A DNA stretch of 64,000 nt from the human T2T-CHM13v2.0 reference genome, Homo sapiens, in the NCBI RefSeq assembly GCF_009914755.1, contig NC_060927.1. One strand, 5' to 3'. Every line of letters begins with the position of its first letter. The stretch's first letter is position 1. This document shows positions 14,345 to 29,841 of the stretch, one piece after another. The position numbers and the translations under genes are program-made. The notes beneath the pieces were generated by a model. It was not told the origin of the DNA, searched no databases, and worked only from the letters and a program-made list of their open reading frames with translations.

Positions 14345-16307
14345 TTTTTTTTTTTTTAATTTCAACTTTTCTTTTATACACAGGGGGTACATGTACAAAT
14401 TTGTTACATGGGCATGTTGCACAATGCTGAGGTTTAGGGTACAGATCCTGTCACCCAGGTAGTGAGCATAATACCCAATAGGTAGGTTTTCAACCCACGC
14501 ACGCCTCCTTGGTCTCTCTCCCATCAAATAGTCCTCAGTGTCTATTGTTCCCATGTTTATATTCATGTGTGCTCAGTGTTTAGCTCTCACTTATAAGTGA
14601 GAACATGCAGTCTTTGGTTTTCTGTTCCTGCATTAATTCATTTAGAATGATGGTCTCCAGTTCTATCCTTGTTCTTTCAAAGGACATGATTCAGTCTTTT
14701 TTATGGCTTCATAGTATTCCATTGTATATATATACCACATTTTCTATTCAGTCCACTACTGATCGGTACCTAGGTTAATTCCATGCCTTTGCTTTCCACC
14801 TCTTTGCTATCACAAACACCATAGTGATGAACATGTGAGTACCCTTGTCTTTTTGGTGGAATAATTTATTTCCCCTTGGGTATGTACCCAGTAATGGGAT
14901 TTCTGGGTCAAATGGTGGCTCTGTTTCTTTGAGAAATTGCCAAACTGCTTTCCACAGGGGCTGAACTAATTTACATTCCCATCAACAGTATATAAGCGTT
15001 ACCTTTTGTCTGCATTTTTGCCAACATTTGTTGTTTTTGCCTTTTTAATTATAGCCATACTGACTGGTGTGAGATGGCATCTCACTGTGTTTTTGATTTG
15101 CATTTCTCTGATGATAAGTGATGATGAGCATTTTTTCATGTTTGTTGGCCACTTCTATGTATTCTTTTGAGAAGTGTCTGTTCATGCCATTTGCCCATTT
15201 TTTAATGGGGTTATTTTTTGCTTGCTGAATTGTTTAAATTTCTTATACATTCTAGATATTAGACTTTTGTTGGATGCATAATATGTGAATATTTTCCCTT
15301 ATTCTTTAGGTTGTCTGTTTACTCTGTTGACAGTTACTTTTGCTGTGCAGAAGCTCTTTAGTTTAACTGGCTCCCACATGTCAGTTTTTGTTTTCTTGTA
15401 ATTACTTTGGGGACATAGCCAAAAATTCTTTGTCACAGCCATTGCACGAAGGGTATTTCCTATGTTTTTGCCTAGGATTTTTATAGCTTGAGGTCTTAAA
15501 TTTACACCATGAATCTATCTTAAGTAAATTTTTGTATATAGTTAAAAGTAGGGGTCCAGTTTCATTATTCTGCATATGAGTATCCAGTTATTCCAGCATC
15601 ATTTATTGAATAAGGGGTCCTTTCTCCATTGCTTGTTTTTGTTGGCTTTGTCAAAGATTAGATGGTTGTAGGTGTGTGGCTGTATTTCTGAGTTTTCTAT
15701 TCTGTTCCATTGGTCTATGTGTCTGTTTTTGTACTAGTACCTTGCTTTTTTGATTAGTGTAGCCTTGTAGTGTAGTTTGAAGTTGGATAGGAAAATAAGT
15801 CAAAATATCTCTCTTAGCTGATGATGATTTGATACTTGAAAAACCCTAAATACTCCACCGAAAGGCTGCTAGAACTGATAAACAAAGTTATCAGTTTAGC
15901 AAGATTTTAAGAAACAAAATCAGAGTACAAAAATCAGTAGCATTTCTAAACACCAATAATGCCCAGGCTTGGAGTCAAATCAAGAACACAATCCCATTTA
16001 TAACAGCCACAGAGAAAATGAAAACCTGGGACTACAGCTGCCCAAGGAAGTGAAAGATCTTTAGAAAGAGAAGTATAAAACACTGTTGAAAGAAATCAGA
16101 GACTACAGAAATGAATGGAAAAACATTCCATGCTCATGATTTGGAAGAATCCATATGGTTAAAATGACCATACTGCCCCCAAACAATTTATAGATTCAAC
16201 ACTATGCCTATGAAACTACCAATGTCATTCTTCAGAAAATTAGAAAAAACTATGCTAAAATTTATATGGAACCAAAGGGGAGCCTGAATAATCTGAGAAA
16301 TCCTAAG
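14345..16307 (-). mobile_element. L1PA15/16-like element with 5' inversion (14345-15790 minus; 15791-16307 plus)
   Basis: Poly-T plus reverse 3'UTR/ORF2 up to the PDFKLYYKA region, then forward ORF2 from the F/LADDM motif to the 'AILS' region; candidate TSD g(c/t)tattctt. Confidence 0.88.
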
Positions 16308-17769
16308 TTATTCTTCTATTCATGAAGGTTTTCATTAGATCCTGTAAATTACATATAAAAATATCTAACTTCTCCATTTTTTAATTCCTTTTAATATTTT
16401 TAAATATAGATTCAGAATACTTGATATTAAATTTTAATTCTGTTTTTTAAAAAATAACTTCAGCAGTTTGGGTTAGGAGGCCCTGATAAAATACTGAAGT
16501 ATTTCCAAGTGAATTGCTGTGCATTTGTTTATGTTCCAGTTAGCTGAGTTCATTGGTCTGCATGATTATCTAATCACGTTACTATACAATATTGCAAAGT
16601 AGAAGTCTGCATAAGCTTTCCATGATTGGTCATCATAGAAAATAGAATCTTGATTTGCTATGGTTCCAGATGGTGGTTTGCTTATAATAGTTTAGATTTA
16701 ATCATGATCATTATAAACTAAACAAAGCTAAATTATACTATTTTAGAGAGAATTTTTATGTTATTTGCAACCATAGACTCTCACAGAAGGCACGTCCTTA
16801 TCCATTGTAAATATAGGAATAGACTATTATCACTATGACATTCTTTGAATGTTGACATTCTCTTTACCATATGAAGAATTTAATCCTTAAAATTAGTGTT
16901 TCCTAACTTTGAAGTTATTTTTTTGCTATTCATCTTTTGAGCGAATCCAGACTGAGTTTTTTTCCCATGTTGAGAAGTCTGCTCTCCAGTAACATGGCAG
17001 GTATGTTGAGATTATTACTAATATTATCAATTTGTTTTGAGAAAATATTTTAGTGTACATTACCATAAAATATCCCTAGTTTTTTAAATTATTTATTGGC
17101 AGATATAAATTCAGTATGTAATATTTTATGATAGCTGTCCAGAACCTAGCTGTATATGGCTTACAGAACATTTATTTTTACCGCCTAAGTCCTAAAAGTT
17201 GTTTTCCATATCTGCAGTCAAACTTAACTACAGGCAAAAAGAAGTAGAAAAATTACCTGTCACATTATTCACAGGCCAGACCAAGATACTATAATACTAT
17301 GGCCTGCTAAGCTAATTTAGAAGAAAAAATGGAAAGAGGTTTTTAAAAGATGGCATTTATATGTAATATATGTAGAAGGGTTTAGGGTTTTGACAGTTTG
17401 AGATTGTATCCTCTTTAGAGAGAATGCATAATGACTTTTATTTCTTCTGAAATATGCATAACTTCTTGAAGGTAACTTTCAACTCTTATTAGCACTTTTC
17501 AAAGCAAGTTTTCCATCTCTGTGAAAGCAGAGGGTACAACATATCTGAAATTCAAATAGAGTGAATGTTTATTTATCAACAATTCAGTCATTTTTCCTCT
17601 TGTTTGGGATTTCCATTCCTTTAATTTGTGAAGGGAAAACCCGAATATGGATATAAAAGTTGAGGTTTGTTGCTATATCTGTGAAGTCTCAATAATCAAT
17701 ACTGCAAGACCATGTCTAATTCTACCTAGAATGAGAGATGTGTTAAGATCTTTTAGTGAGAATGAATTT

Positions 17770-17930
17770 GTAGAAGTGTGGTTTTAGGAATCAAACTCCC
17801 TGGATTTAAATTCTAGCCTTGTTTCTTACTGGATTGTAACCTTTTATAAATAATTTAATATCTTTAATCTTTAATCTCTTTATCTATAGAGTGAGAGTCA
17901 TGATACCTGCCTCATGATTATGTTGAGTAT
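17770..17930 (-). mobile_element. MIR fragment
   Basis: ctggatttaaattctagcc...tgtaacctt...tatctatagagtgag core-like text. Confidence 0.6.
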
Positions 17931-17935
17931 TACAT

Positions 17936-18161
17936 CAGGCTATCTTGACCTCAGCACTATTGGCATTTTGTCCCAAGTAATTCTTTGTTGTAGGGGTCTG
18001 TCCTCTGCTTTGAAGGGTGTTTAGTAACATCACTTGCCTCTGCCTACTAAATGCCACTATAGTTACCATTCTCCCCAAGTTGTAACAACCAATATTGTCT
18101 CCAGATATTGCTAAATCCCCCTCTCATCAAAGGATAAAATTGTCCCCAGTTGAGAATTCTG
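17936..18161. mobile_element. MER20 (hAT-Charlie)
   Basis: cctcagcactattggcatttt...taattctttgttgtagggg...tgtctccagatattgctaaat...ccccagttgagaa. Confidence 0.85.
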
Positions 18162-20810
18162 AATTACATGAATATCTACATCTATATTTATCTAGAATTA
18201 GAGTTTGCACAGTTTCTAGCATAATGCTCCATAAACTTCAGGCATGATTATCTCAAATAAAAAATTATGATATTTTCTCTGAAGAGCCATACTCTTAAAG
18301 AATATGAACATTATCTCTATTCTCTCCCTACATGTGTATATGTGTATAGACATACATTTCTGGGTATTTATATACATATAGATGTATGTATACGTTGTAT
18401 TATGTATCTTCCAAATATTATTCTATGTAATGAGGGGCATAGCAAAACAGATAAAACCATCAATCTTGTTAGTTTCATGCTCTTTGCTACTAATTATTTT
18501 ATAAATCATCAAGACTTTGTAAAACAGTCTTGTTTTGAATGACTTTGGACTTCAATTTATCTAATTCTGCTATGTGACCCCATAGGCGGAACACCTAGAT
18601 AGGAAATTACATACAGTAGGCTGAATAGATTGTTATCTTTTATACAAAATCTTCCAGATAGTAAAGATTTTTCCTCTAACATCACAGTTGGGTCTAAAAA
18701 AATAGCCCTAAGATTTTTTTTTTTTGTAAATGCTATTGATTCTTAAAATGGAAGGAGCAGGTGAAAATGAAAAACAGGTTCAGGTAATTCCATTTTCTTA
18801 ATGTTAATAATAACAACATCTTGATTTGTTTAGTTTTCTACATATTTCAAGGCCTTTCCCCTTGTTTCATATAATAACCAGAGCTCTGCTATTTAGGTAA
18901 AGATTATTGTCACCATTTTATGGATGATAAGACTAAGACAGTCATATTAAGTGACAGATCTGGGATAACTATTATGACTCAAAGTATTGAAGTTTCCCCG
19001 CTATCTCATAGGTCTTCAAATGTTAAAGCACAACTCCAGCTGCAATAGCCAATTGCTATTCTGAGAAATATATATGATGTTCTCACACTTGGAGCCTTTT
19101 CCGTGTATTTACCTTTCTTTCCCACTGTTTCAGGTTACTTAATCCTTCACAGTGCACTCAGGTGCATTCCCTCTAACAGCCTTTGGTAATGCTTTTAGTA
19201 CATTACTCTTCATGAATTGTGCTCTTAAAAATTCCCCTGGACACTCGTTTAGTTGAGTTTTGTAGTAAGAGCGCACTGACATTGTTAAGGTTAATGACTC
19301 AATGTTTTACAAGTTGAAACACATTTGAAGTTACATTGTTTGGATCCTTCTTTTATTCAACAATGTGAAGGCCTTGAGTGCAGGTGTTACTTAGCGCCTT
19401 GGAAGAACATCTTTGTTATACTCTTCATGGTGTGGCCTCAGTGGCAATAACATATTAGCAAACCTAGCACCACTCCAGCAGTGATTCTGAAACGTGAACT
19501 ATGAAAATTACTGCTAATGAATTTACGCTGGCATATAGGTACTGTAGGATAACAATTATGAAGAATTTTATTGATTATGTGGTATATTCATTTGAAATCC
19601 TGTCACATAGGAATCATTATTAATTCCATAGTCCCAATAAAATTACTGATCATCTCAGTTTCAGTTTCTTGACAAAGGTTATCATTATAATTATAATAAT
19701 AATAGCTAACATTTATAGAGTAATTACTATAAAATGAGTATCATGTTAAACATCTTATTATATATAAATTCCTTTATTTCTTTGAAAGTTTAAGTAGCTT
19801 TTATAGCTATGTAAATATGAAGGATGAATCTGAAGCCAGGTGTCTGATTTTAGAGTGAGTTCTCAGCTTCTGCCCTACCCTTCCTCAAGTACATTCATAG
19901 AGATGGACCTTGAGCCAAGTCCCCCAAGTTCTTTCTCCAACTCTAAGTTATATTCTATTTGTGTTAACATTCAGGCTTCTTCATCCTCACTGTAGTTTCT
20001 TTTTTCCCCTTTGTTTTACTGTGTGAGTATGTGTGTGTAAATACAATCATTTTCCAGTTAATGGAGGTAGAACATATATAGCTTTACTCAGTAACAGATT
20101 TCTACAGTAGTTGAGGCTTTCTTTGACCAAAATGGTATCTTTATTATGATAATATTACCCATTACTATATGTACTAGTCAGCATTATTATAGAAACAGTT
20201 TAAGATATTTGCCTTCATTTAATATTATGTGAATACTTGAAAGTAATATTTAGATTAAACATTGTTGCCTAATTGTTTTATGAATTCAAATCTTAGGCCC
20301 ATATCAGCTGTGTGAGAGCAGGACAGTGTTATATCCCACAGTTCCTAATATTGAAATTCAATAAAATAAATATCAGGTATATCATACACAATTTAAGATT
20401 TTGAACATGGAAATCAAACTGCACATAATTTTAAAGACATATATCATTTTATATATGTGCATGTATATTTTATATTAAAATAAATATTCAATAGATATAT
20501 TTGAATTTCATATGCAAATACACTTGATATATAATCAAATCAGTATATATATCTAACATATATATGTATATATTCCTCTTTCTATATAAATCTCTCTATA
20601 TTCTTTTATCCCCTTAGTCTCAAGACACTCATTTTTAAATGTATGTACATACACATAATCTCAAATTTCTTAAGTTTCTGAAGAATCACATCTTATTGCA
20701 TAGCAGATGTTTTGTCTTTTAAGGTATAAACTATCAGTGAAAAGTATTAGATGAGCTCTTGGAGAGATATGGAAAACCTACATATGTTAGCTTTCGTAAG
20801 CTTGAAATGA

Positions 20811-21199
<389 letters not shown>

Positions 21200-22821
21200 G
21201 TGTCTTAGTCTTAATCAAAGTTGAGCCAACTAACCAGACCATGTGGCATTGAATTATATTCTGTGACAAATGGACCTTGTTTCATTTCAAAAGATTTGAA
21301 CTTGAAATCACTCCCAACGATTTTAAAGCAAATGTCTTTCCTCCTGTCAACCATTGCCTAATTTAGTCTTTCCATCTGCATTTCTAATTACAATAAGGAA
21401 AAATCTGTGTTAAACAAAGTGGTTTTTTTCCGCTTAGAAAAGACAATTTTAGGCATACGGATAAATGAAAGATAGCATTTTTATTTATGCCTAAAATGAC
21501 TTCTAATTATTTAAATTTATTTTGATGTACCTGATGTTTACTTTGAAGCACATTTTAATATTCTTATGAATGTTTATATAACCCTTTACTTTTAATGTTT
21601 TAAACTAATTAAAATGGAAATAATTAATAACACCATATTAATATCAACATATTGTATGTGTATGTTAAAAAATTATATTTAATTGTTATTTCTGTACTTG
21701 ACATAGTGAATGCATTTCACTAATGCTTTCTTACACCAAACAGCAAAATGGTTTTTATTATTTTTAGCTCTATGATGTTGGACACATTATGAAAAATCCC
21801 ACTTTATTTTGATAAAGTGATTGAATATAATGCATGTGTCAGGAGCACAGGATATCTGGCGATATGGAGCAAGTTATAAGTTCACAGCAATATATTGACA
21901 TAAAGAGTGTCAGAATCCAGCATTTTAGACTTTATTTCTCTTAAAATACTTTGAGTAGGTTGAACAAACTGAATGAATCATACTATCTCCCATAAAGATA
22001 TTTATTGTTCTAGGTAAAAATTGAAGTCAGTTGATAAAATGCCTTGACATACACCCACACAGTAGCTGACCCATGAGTAAACAGAGGGTTTCATTCCTAA
22101 CACATAAATTCAATATCTTTCATAAACGCCAAATGCCACAACCAAAAACCAGACTGTCAACTTTATGTTTTTTATAATGTCTTTAGCCATAAACCATACT
22201 TTGAATAAAGATATATGGCCATAGTTATATTGTAGAAATATTTACCAGAAGTTATAAAACTTTTGCTTTAGCAGAATTAAGCTGCGTGCTTCTTAGAATT
22301 TGTCAGCATTTATTTACATTTTTACCAATTGCAAAAACATGATAAACAGTTGATATTTTTATAAACTGGGCTTTAGATAGGTATTAATACATATACTTTT
22401 GTGATTGTATATTCAGGTAGACTTGAACTTTGTTATGTGTGTAGGGAGTTTTTCCAGCATTAATGACCTATAAGCATCTCTTCAAAAAGTGTGAATTTGA
22501 AAGTCTTCTTATCTACGTATTGTAACTATTGATAGAAGAGTAGATAGGAAAATAAAAGACAAGGCAGAGAGGTATGATATAGTTTAGTATACAGGTGAAT
22601 ATATATTTATATCCATTTCTATATAAATTCCTCATGGAGTAATAGTTAGCATTAATTAGTTAATGATTAATCACTAATTAATTTAAAACATTTGTTGAAT
22701 GCATAATGTAGGTATTTTGCCATATTCTGAACTTTAATACACAGTGATAAGTACTATATATCTATATATGTAACATGTATGTAAACATAATATGTTATGT
22801 ATTTATTTGTATGTGTGTATC

Positions 22822-22914
22822 TATATATATAGAGAGAGAGAGAGCGAGCTAAATATAATGTGTGTGTGTATATGTCAACACACACACATTATTTTTAGCT
22901 CTTTCTATATATAT
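22822..22914. repeat. Inverted repeat containing microsatellites
   Basis: gagctaaatataatgtgtgtgtg (22846-22868) vs cacacacacattatttttagctc (22879-22901), 1 mismatch. Confidence 0.85.
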
Positions 22915-24159
22915 GTCCCAATAAAGCCAATGCGGTCAAAGAGAAGCATTTAATTCTGCCTGGGAAGACTGGAAATGATAATTGATCTAGACTTTAAAGC
23001 ACCAGTAGATATTTATTATACAGAGGAAATAGCAAAGTTAAAGGGTTTGAACAAAACTCCATGCTGTGATTCAGCGTTATCAGTTTCAGCACAGTGTTGT
23101 GGGAACTGGAAAGAGGCTGCAGAGATAGACTAAAGCCAATTATGAAGAGCTTTAAATTCCATATGCAGGGTTTGTAACATTTTCAAGCTTACAGAAAAGT
23201 TGCAAGACTAATAATAAAATAATACAAATAATCGTAGCCCTATATTTACCAAGATTCATCTATTGTTAACACCTTTCCCCATGTGTCAGTCATTTGTTCT
23301 CCCTTTCTCTCCTTCTCCCTATATAACTTTTTTCTTGAAATATGTCAGAGTATGTTATATACATCATGTTCTTTTACCTTAAATGTGTCTTTGTATGTTA
23401 CCCAGGAATAGGAACATTCTTTTACATACTTCAATGCAGTAGCAGCTTCAGTAACTTTAAAATTAACACAATGTCTTTCATCTAATCTACTGCTCATATT
23501 CTAGTTTTTTCACTTGGCCTAATAATGTCCTTTATAGCGTTTATTTATCTACAGTACAAGATTCAATCGAGGATCAGATATTTCATTTAGTTACATTTTT
23601 AAAATGCATTTATTTAGAATATTTCCACAGCCCTATACCATCTCTTTTACTTTTTGAAAACATTTTTTCAGTTTTATATATAACATAAAATTTACCATCT
23701 TAAAAAATCTTAAATGTACAGTTGAGTTATAATACATAGACTCATATTGTTTGAAACCATCACCACCATCCATTTCCAGAATTCATTTCATCTTGCAAAA
23801 CTGAAATTCTATACCCAGTAAACAATGATTCCCCACTCCCTTCTCCCTCCAGGCCCTGACAACCACCTGTTAGTTTCTATCTCTATGATTTGGACTATTC
23901 CAGGTACCTCATGTAAGTGGATTCATCCAGTACTTGTCTTTTTGTGATTTTCATATTTCACTTAGGATAAAGTCCCCAAGGTTTTTTCATGTTGTAGCAT
24001 ATGCCAGAATCGCCTTCCTTTTTAAGGTTGAATAGTATTCCATTGCATGTATAGGCTGCATTTTGCTTATCCGGTCATTTGTAGATGGATACTGGGTTGT
24101 TTTTATTAGCTACTGAGAATAACGCTGCTGTGAACATGGATATAAAAATACCTCTTAAA

Positions 24160-24966
<807 letters not shown>

Positions 24967-25990
24967 GAAATTTTTTTAAAGTCTTCCCATTTCTTCTACT
25001 GTTTTAATAAAATAGTCCTCATTTTGGGTTTGTCTAATTTTTCCTCTTGATTAGGTACAGGTTACATATTTCTGCCTGAACCACTATCTATATAATGCTC
25101 AGGGTTTCATTCTTTATATGAATCAGTGAAAATTAAAAGATTTTAAGCATGAAAACATCCTTATCAGGTATCCATTTTAGAAAAGTGGCTTCAATGTTGA
25201 AGCACAAGATGGACAATAATGATGAAGACCAATTGGAGGGCTACTGCAATAGTCTAGGCAAGAGAGATTGGCAGTGAGGATATGGTGGCAGTGCTGATTA
25301 GCATGAGTCCTATAACTCTGGATAATCCATGGCTTAGACGGTATCACAGGTTCTGCTTATTCATACTGAGTTGGAGCTAAGTACAGGATTCCCAAATCAT
25401 AAAAATTGTTCATTCTCTAGCTATTCCTTTATGAAGAAAGCCTTTTACCTTTTGTGCTTGCTAGTACCCACACTCTTACCAGAATCAGCAGAGATCTGAT
25501 GTCATTCATCTACTCATGACCTCAATGCCACCAGACCCTTTGCAGCTCATTTGTTCCTCCCTCAATAAGGACTCCTTTAGGGTCTTTCCTTCTGAGTTCT
25601 ATACAGCAATCTGACATGAGTCATTTGTGCACCTTGAAAGAAAGTCTGTGGCAATGATTTTTTAGTTAATGTTTGCTCAAATCTACATATGTTTTCTAAG
25701 CTTTTATTTCTAGATATGGATGGGAAAGATTTTATTCCCATTAAAAAAAAGATATTGCAGTGCATCAGCAGGAAGTAGGGAAACTCTTATGGGGAAATAA
25801 AATTATGTATTTATGTATAATGCAGACTGAAGACCTCATTCTGGTAACTGAGTTGGTCAGAAAAAAGATAATTTAAATTTGGAGGAAGGAAAAAGATAGG
25901 CTTATTTGCCTCCTCTTTCAATGTAAGCATATGTTTTACTCTTCCTCCTTCCCCAGCCTTCATTCACTCCTCAGGCTGAGGACACCTAGA

Positions 25991-26131
25991 TGTATATTGC
26001 TTGTTTTTTTTTTTTTTTTAACTGTATTTAGATAACACGTAATTATAATTCTACAGCATAGATTAACTGTGTATTGCTGTTTTTTTAAACCTGTATTTAG
26101 ATAACATTTAATTATAATTTTACAGCACAGA
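25991..26131. repeat. Diverged tandem duplication, about 70-bp unit x2
   Basis: tgt(a/g)tattgc..tttt..ctgtatttagataaca..aattataatt.tacagca.aga occurs twice. Confidence 0.85.
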
Positions 26132-28468
26132 CTCCTGGTTTTAAATTTTTGGGATAGTACATTGCTCCCTATATTAATATCTGTGCTAATTCATAAATTA
26201 TTGGACTACAAATTGCATCACTAGAGCATATACTCAGGGTGAATAAAATAACTACTTTCTTCAGAGTATTGCCCTGTAGCTCAGTATCCTTTGGTGGAAA
26301 ACAGCAACCCAAAGGAAAATATTTGTCACAAGACTGGTGAGGAAGAGAATCTATGACGACATTCTTCAAGCCTGCTTAGCTACTTGGACCTCTCAGCAAG
26401 TTTTAGCAACTGTTCTTTACATCACTACGATGTTGTATGTCCTCAGAAGGGACAAAGGGAAAGGAACAAAGAGCAACAGAACAAAAGAAGCCTTGTGTCT
26501 CCAGAGGTTGTTGATCTATTTCTTTTTAAAGTGCCAAAGTATTTAAGTCTGAGGAAAACCTCAGTAGAAATGAAGGTTTCATGCCCAGCACCTTGGTTAA
26601 AAACAGGTGCTGTTACTACCAGTTTGATGAGGGATACTTGATAGAAAAGCAAAGCCACTGGAAGAGCAAATCCCAATCCTGATATTTAGAGGAAAAGGAA
26701 GTATTGGTTTCCCTTTTTTGCTAGTCTAAGTAAAGTCAGAGAAACTAGCCTTTTTTTTTTTGTATATGAAAACGCCTTTGCTGCTGCGGATGTCAGAAAA
26801 TAACTGAGGGAGAAAGGGAATAACAAAAAAAATCTATTTTGTCACCTTAAGGGCAAAAGATATTTTCTTTAAGCTTAAATTCACCTAAAATATACATAAT
26901 ATTTGAGGTGTAATATTGCGGAACTCCTTACAGCTGAAACCACTAGCTATTCACTAACAGATCTTTCTGGTAGAGCAACAGATGTAGCATCTACAGCCTT
27001 TGAATCCCAGCTGTGCATTCAGATACTTGAATGGACTGTATTTAATTTATTCTAAATCCATATCATGATTCGCTTCTACTTGAGGCAAACAGAAGAGTGT
27101 AAGGAAAACCTAGCATACTTCTGTTCCTTGGTCTTAGTTTTCTAGCTGAAGTGTCAGAGAAGAGCAAAGCAATTTTGAGTCACCACTTGCTTTTCCTGTA
27201 GACAGGTGGGCAGGGAAGCTTACATTTCAGCAGCATGTGTGGCTGTCTGTGGTAATTTTGCTGGATCAGTACATATCCTTAACATAAAATTTAACAAGCA
27301 ATTGAGTTGCTTGTATTTATTTTTTTGAAATATCTTTTATACCACACCAAGTGGAGAGAAAAAGAAGACCACAAAAGCTATTGAACTGCAGCTCATTCAA
27401 TGAATGTATGAAAGAAAATTACACAGAGAGAGTAAGAAGGTGTATTGTGAAGTTTGGCTTCTTTTTGAACCTGAAGAAAATTCTGGCATTAAGCCAAATG
27501 TTTTTCAGATGAGTGTTCCATTGAACTTAGATTATATATTTTTTAAATTCAAGTGTTATTTGTAAATATAATATGCACACATGCTAAAGAAATGGAAAGC
27601 AAATAATAGTATAAAGAGAAAAAGAAATTTATAATCTCATATTCATTGTTACATTTTATTGTATTTTTCTCAGATGTTTTCTAAGTATTTTACATGAATG
27701 ATAGTAGTATGTGTATAATTCATAATTATGCTTTTTTCCTTCCACTCTGCTAACTTTATACATATTTTGTCATATCAAAAACTTTTTCAACTCATAATTT
27801 GAGACAGAATCACATCTGTGTAATCCTTGATAGATTTACATATACACCATAAATAACCTAATCTCTATTTTATGGGCAAAGGCAATAGAGTATACAGAAA
27901 TAAAGGTGGTGTGGAGGGGTCAATATATGACTTACTAGTTCCTGTTTTTTCAAGGGTAGTAAACCATCGTTTGAAATGTTAGAAAATCAGTTAACAACTA
28001 CCGAGTAGTTCAAATTGGTTATAAACTGGCATTCCTTAAAAACATGTGATTATGCTTCTTGATCACACCTGTAAAAGAGGGAAGACGTTGACTCTTAATA
28101 AAGGATTTTGTGAAAATGTATCTTTTAAGATCAATCTTATTATTCAGTTTTAATTGTTCTGGATGAATTTCAAGCATCCGTGAGTTTTAATCCAAGTGAT
28201 TCTAATGAGCAGCTAGGAATGAGAAACAATGGGTTAGAGACAGAAGAGCAGGTGACATGGAACACACACACACACGCACACACACGCACACACACATCAT
28301 ATTCAATCTGAAATTTGAGAAATTTAGAATTATACCATATTAACTAAAAACTCAAGGGCAATAATGCTAAGGATTTTTGCCCGAGGTCACTATGTCAGTG
28401 ACAAAACCTGGATTAGAATCCTATCATTTGATTCCCATTGCTACCAGAATGTGTGGCCACTCAAATAT

Positions 28469-28551
28469 CATGTCCCACAGATGTTATTATTAATTACTTA
28501 TTTCCACTAAGTGAGAAATTAATTAATTAATAATGACATCTGTGGGACATG
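28469..28551. repeat. Inverted repeat, 28-bp arms, 27-nt spacer
   Basis: catgtcccacagatgttattattaatta / taattaataatgacatctgtgggacatg; one G-T wobble. Confidence 0.95.
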
Positions 28552-28559
28552 GCATTTAA

Positions 28560-28649
28560 TTTTGAATAAATTAGCCCATAGTCCACAATCTGAAGTTCTA
28601 GAATACTTTCCATTTTCAGATTGTGGACTATGGGCTAATTTATTCAAAA
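28560..28649. repeat. Perfect inverted repeat, 35-bp arms, 20-nt spacer
   Basis: ttttgaataaattagcccatagtccacaatctgaa (28560-28594) / ttcagattgtggactatgggctaatttattcaaaa (28615-28649). Confidence 0.97.
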
Positions 28650-29841
28650 CATCATTTTTATTAAAATATTGTTCCTCTTTTAATCTTTTAATGAAGATTA
28701 GCTCCACTTTTTCCTAAATCTGCATTTTCTGTTTTAAAAAATTTCCACAATATAAAATTTATTATAAGCAGTTTATCTGCACAATATGTTCCGTGTCCAG
28801 CGCTTTATTTATTGAACAGGAAATCCATTCTATAAAGACACAGAGAGCCTGCAGTGCAGACACAGGAGGTACTTTTGTTCTGCTCTTCTTTTTATCCTCT
28901 CTCCCAGTGTGTTTTTCGCCTTCATGCTTCCACAGACTTTGGCATACATCCTGAATGCAAAATGAGACAATCCTTTAAACATTGTTATAACGATCGTGTA
29001 GGAGTTATGAAATTTGGGAAACAATGAGTCTTTTAGATATAAGTTGATTTAATAGTATTCTCAGTTGTATAATAGGTTAAATTCATGGAAACTATACTGA
29101 TCCTTCATTTTTCCATCACAAGCTTAGTGAATGTCTATAATATGCAAAGCATAAATTGCTTCCGAGTGGTATCATAATTGAAATTGCAAATGTTACCGTT
29201 TTGCCACTATGCATAGCTTACCTTTTATTTATATAATTGACTTTTATTATTTGTAAAATATTTACCAAACAAAATAAATGCTGATGTGTACCACTATTCT
29301 GAGCTATCACCATAAAACATACCAAAGAGATAATCGTCTTGATCCAAGGCCCAGTGTGATTTTTTTTTTTTTTTAGTAGTAGTAATTGTTTGTACTAAGC
29401 GCTCTTTCTGTGTTGAGCCAGTTTCACTTTGGAGCAGCAGTGTATAATTGCAGGATCATGAAATAGAATGAAAATAGACACCCAGATTAACAAAAGGTTT
29501 TCAGTGACAGGTCTATTGGCCCACATAGAGATTGAACACTGATTTTGGCCTCATCATCACAATTCAACTGAGACAGCCAGTAGGAAAAAAAAGTGTAGTC
29601 TGAAACATTGGAAGCAATGAGAAGTGTACAAAGAACATAGAATTTTTAAGGATATTAATATAAATAAGACCTCCATTTAGAAATTAGAATGGCTTTATTA
29701 AAGGAAGCATAGAAAAGATTTCCATTGAAGAATGTTAAAATACATATGTGTAGTATTTATATCATTGTCATATTTATAGTATATATGACTTTTTTTTAAG
29801 ATATGGAATATGTTTCTTTCCTTTTTTAAATCTTTGTAGTT

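Noticed and set aside
19105-19140. Strong-looking splice acceptors here and at about 30030-30048
   Set aside because: No convincing paired donor or reading frame; such motifs are frequent in long introns.
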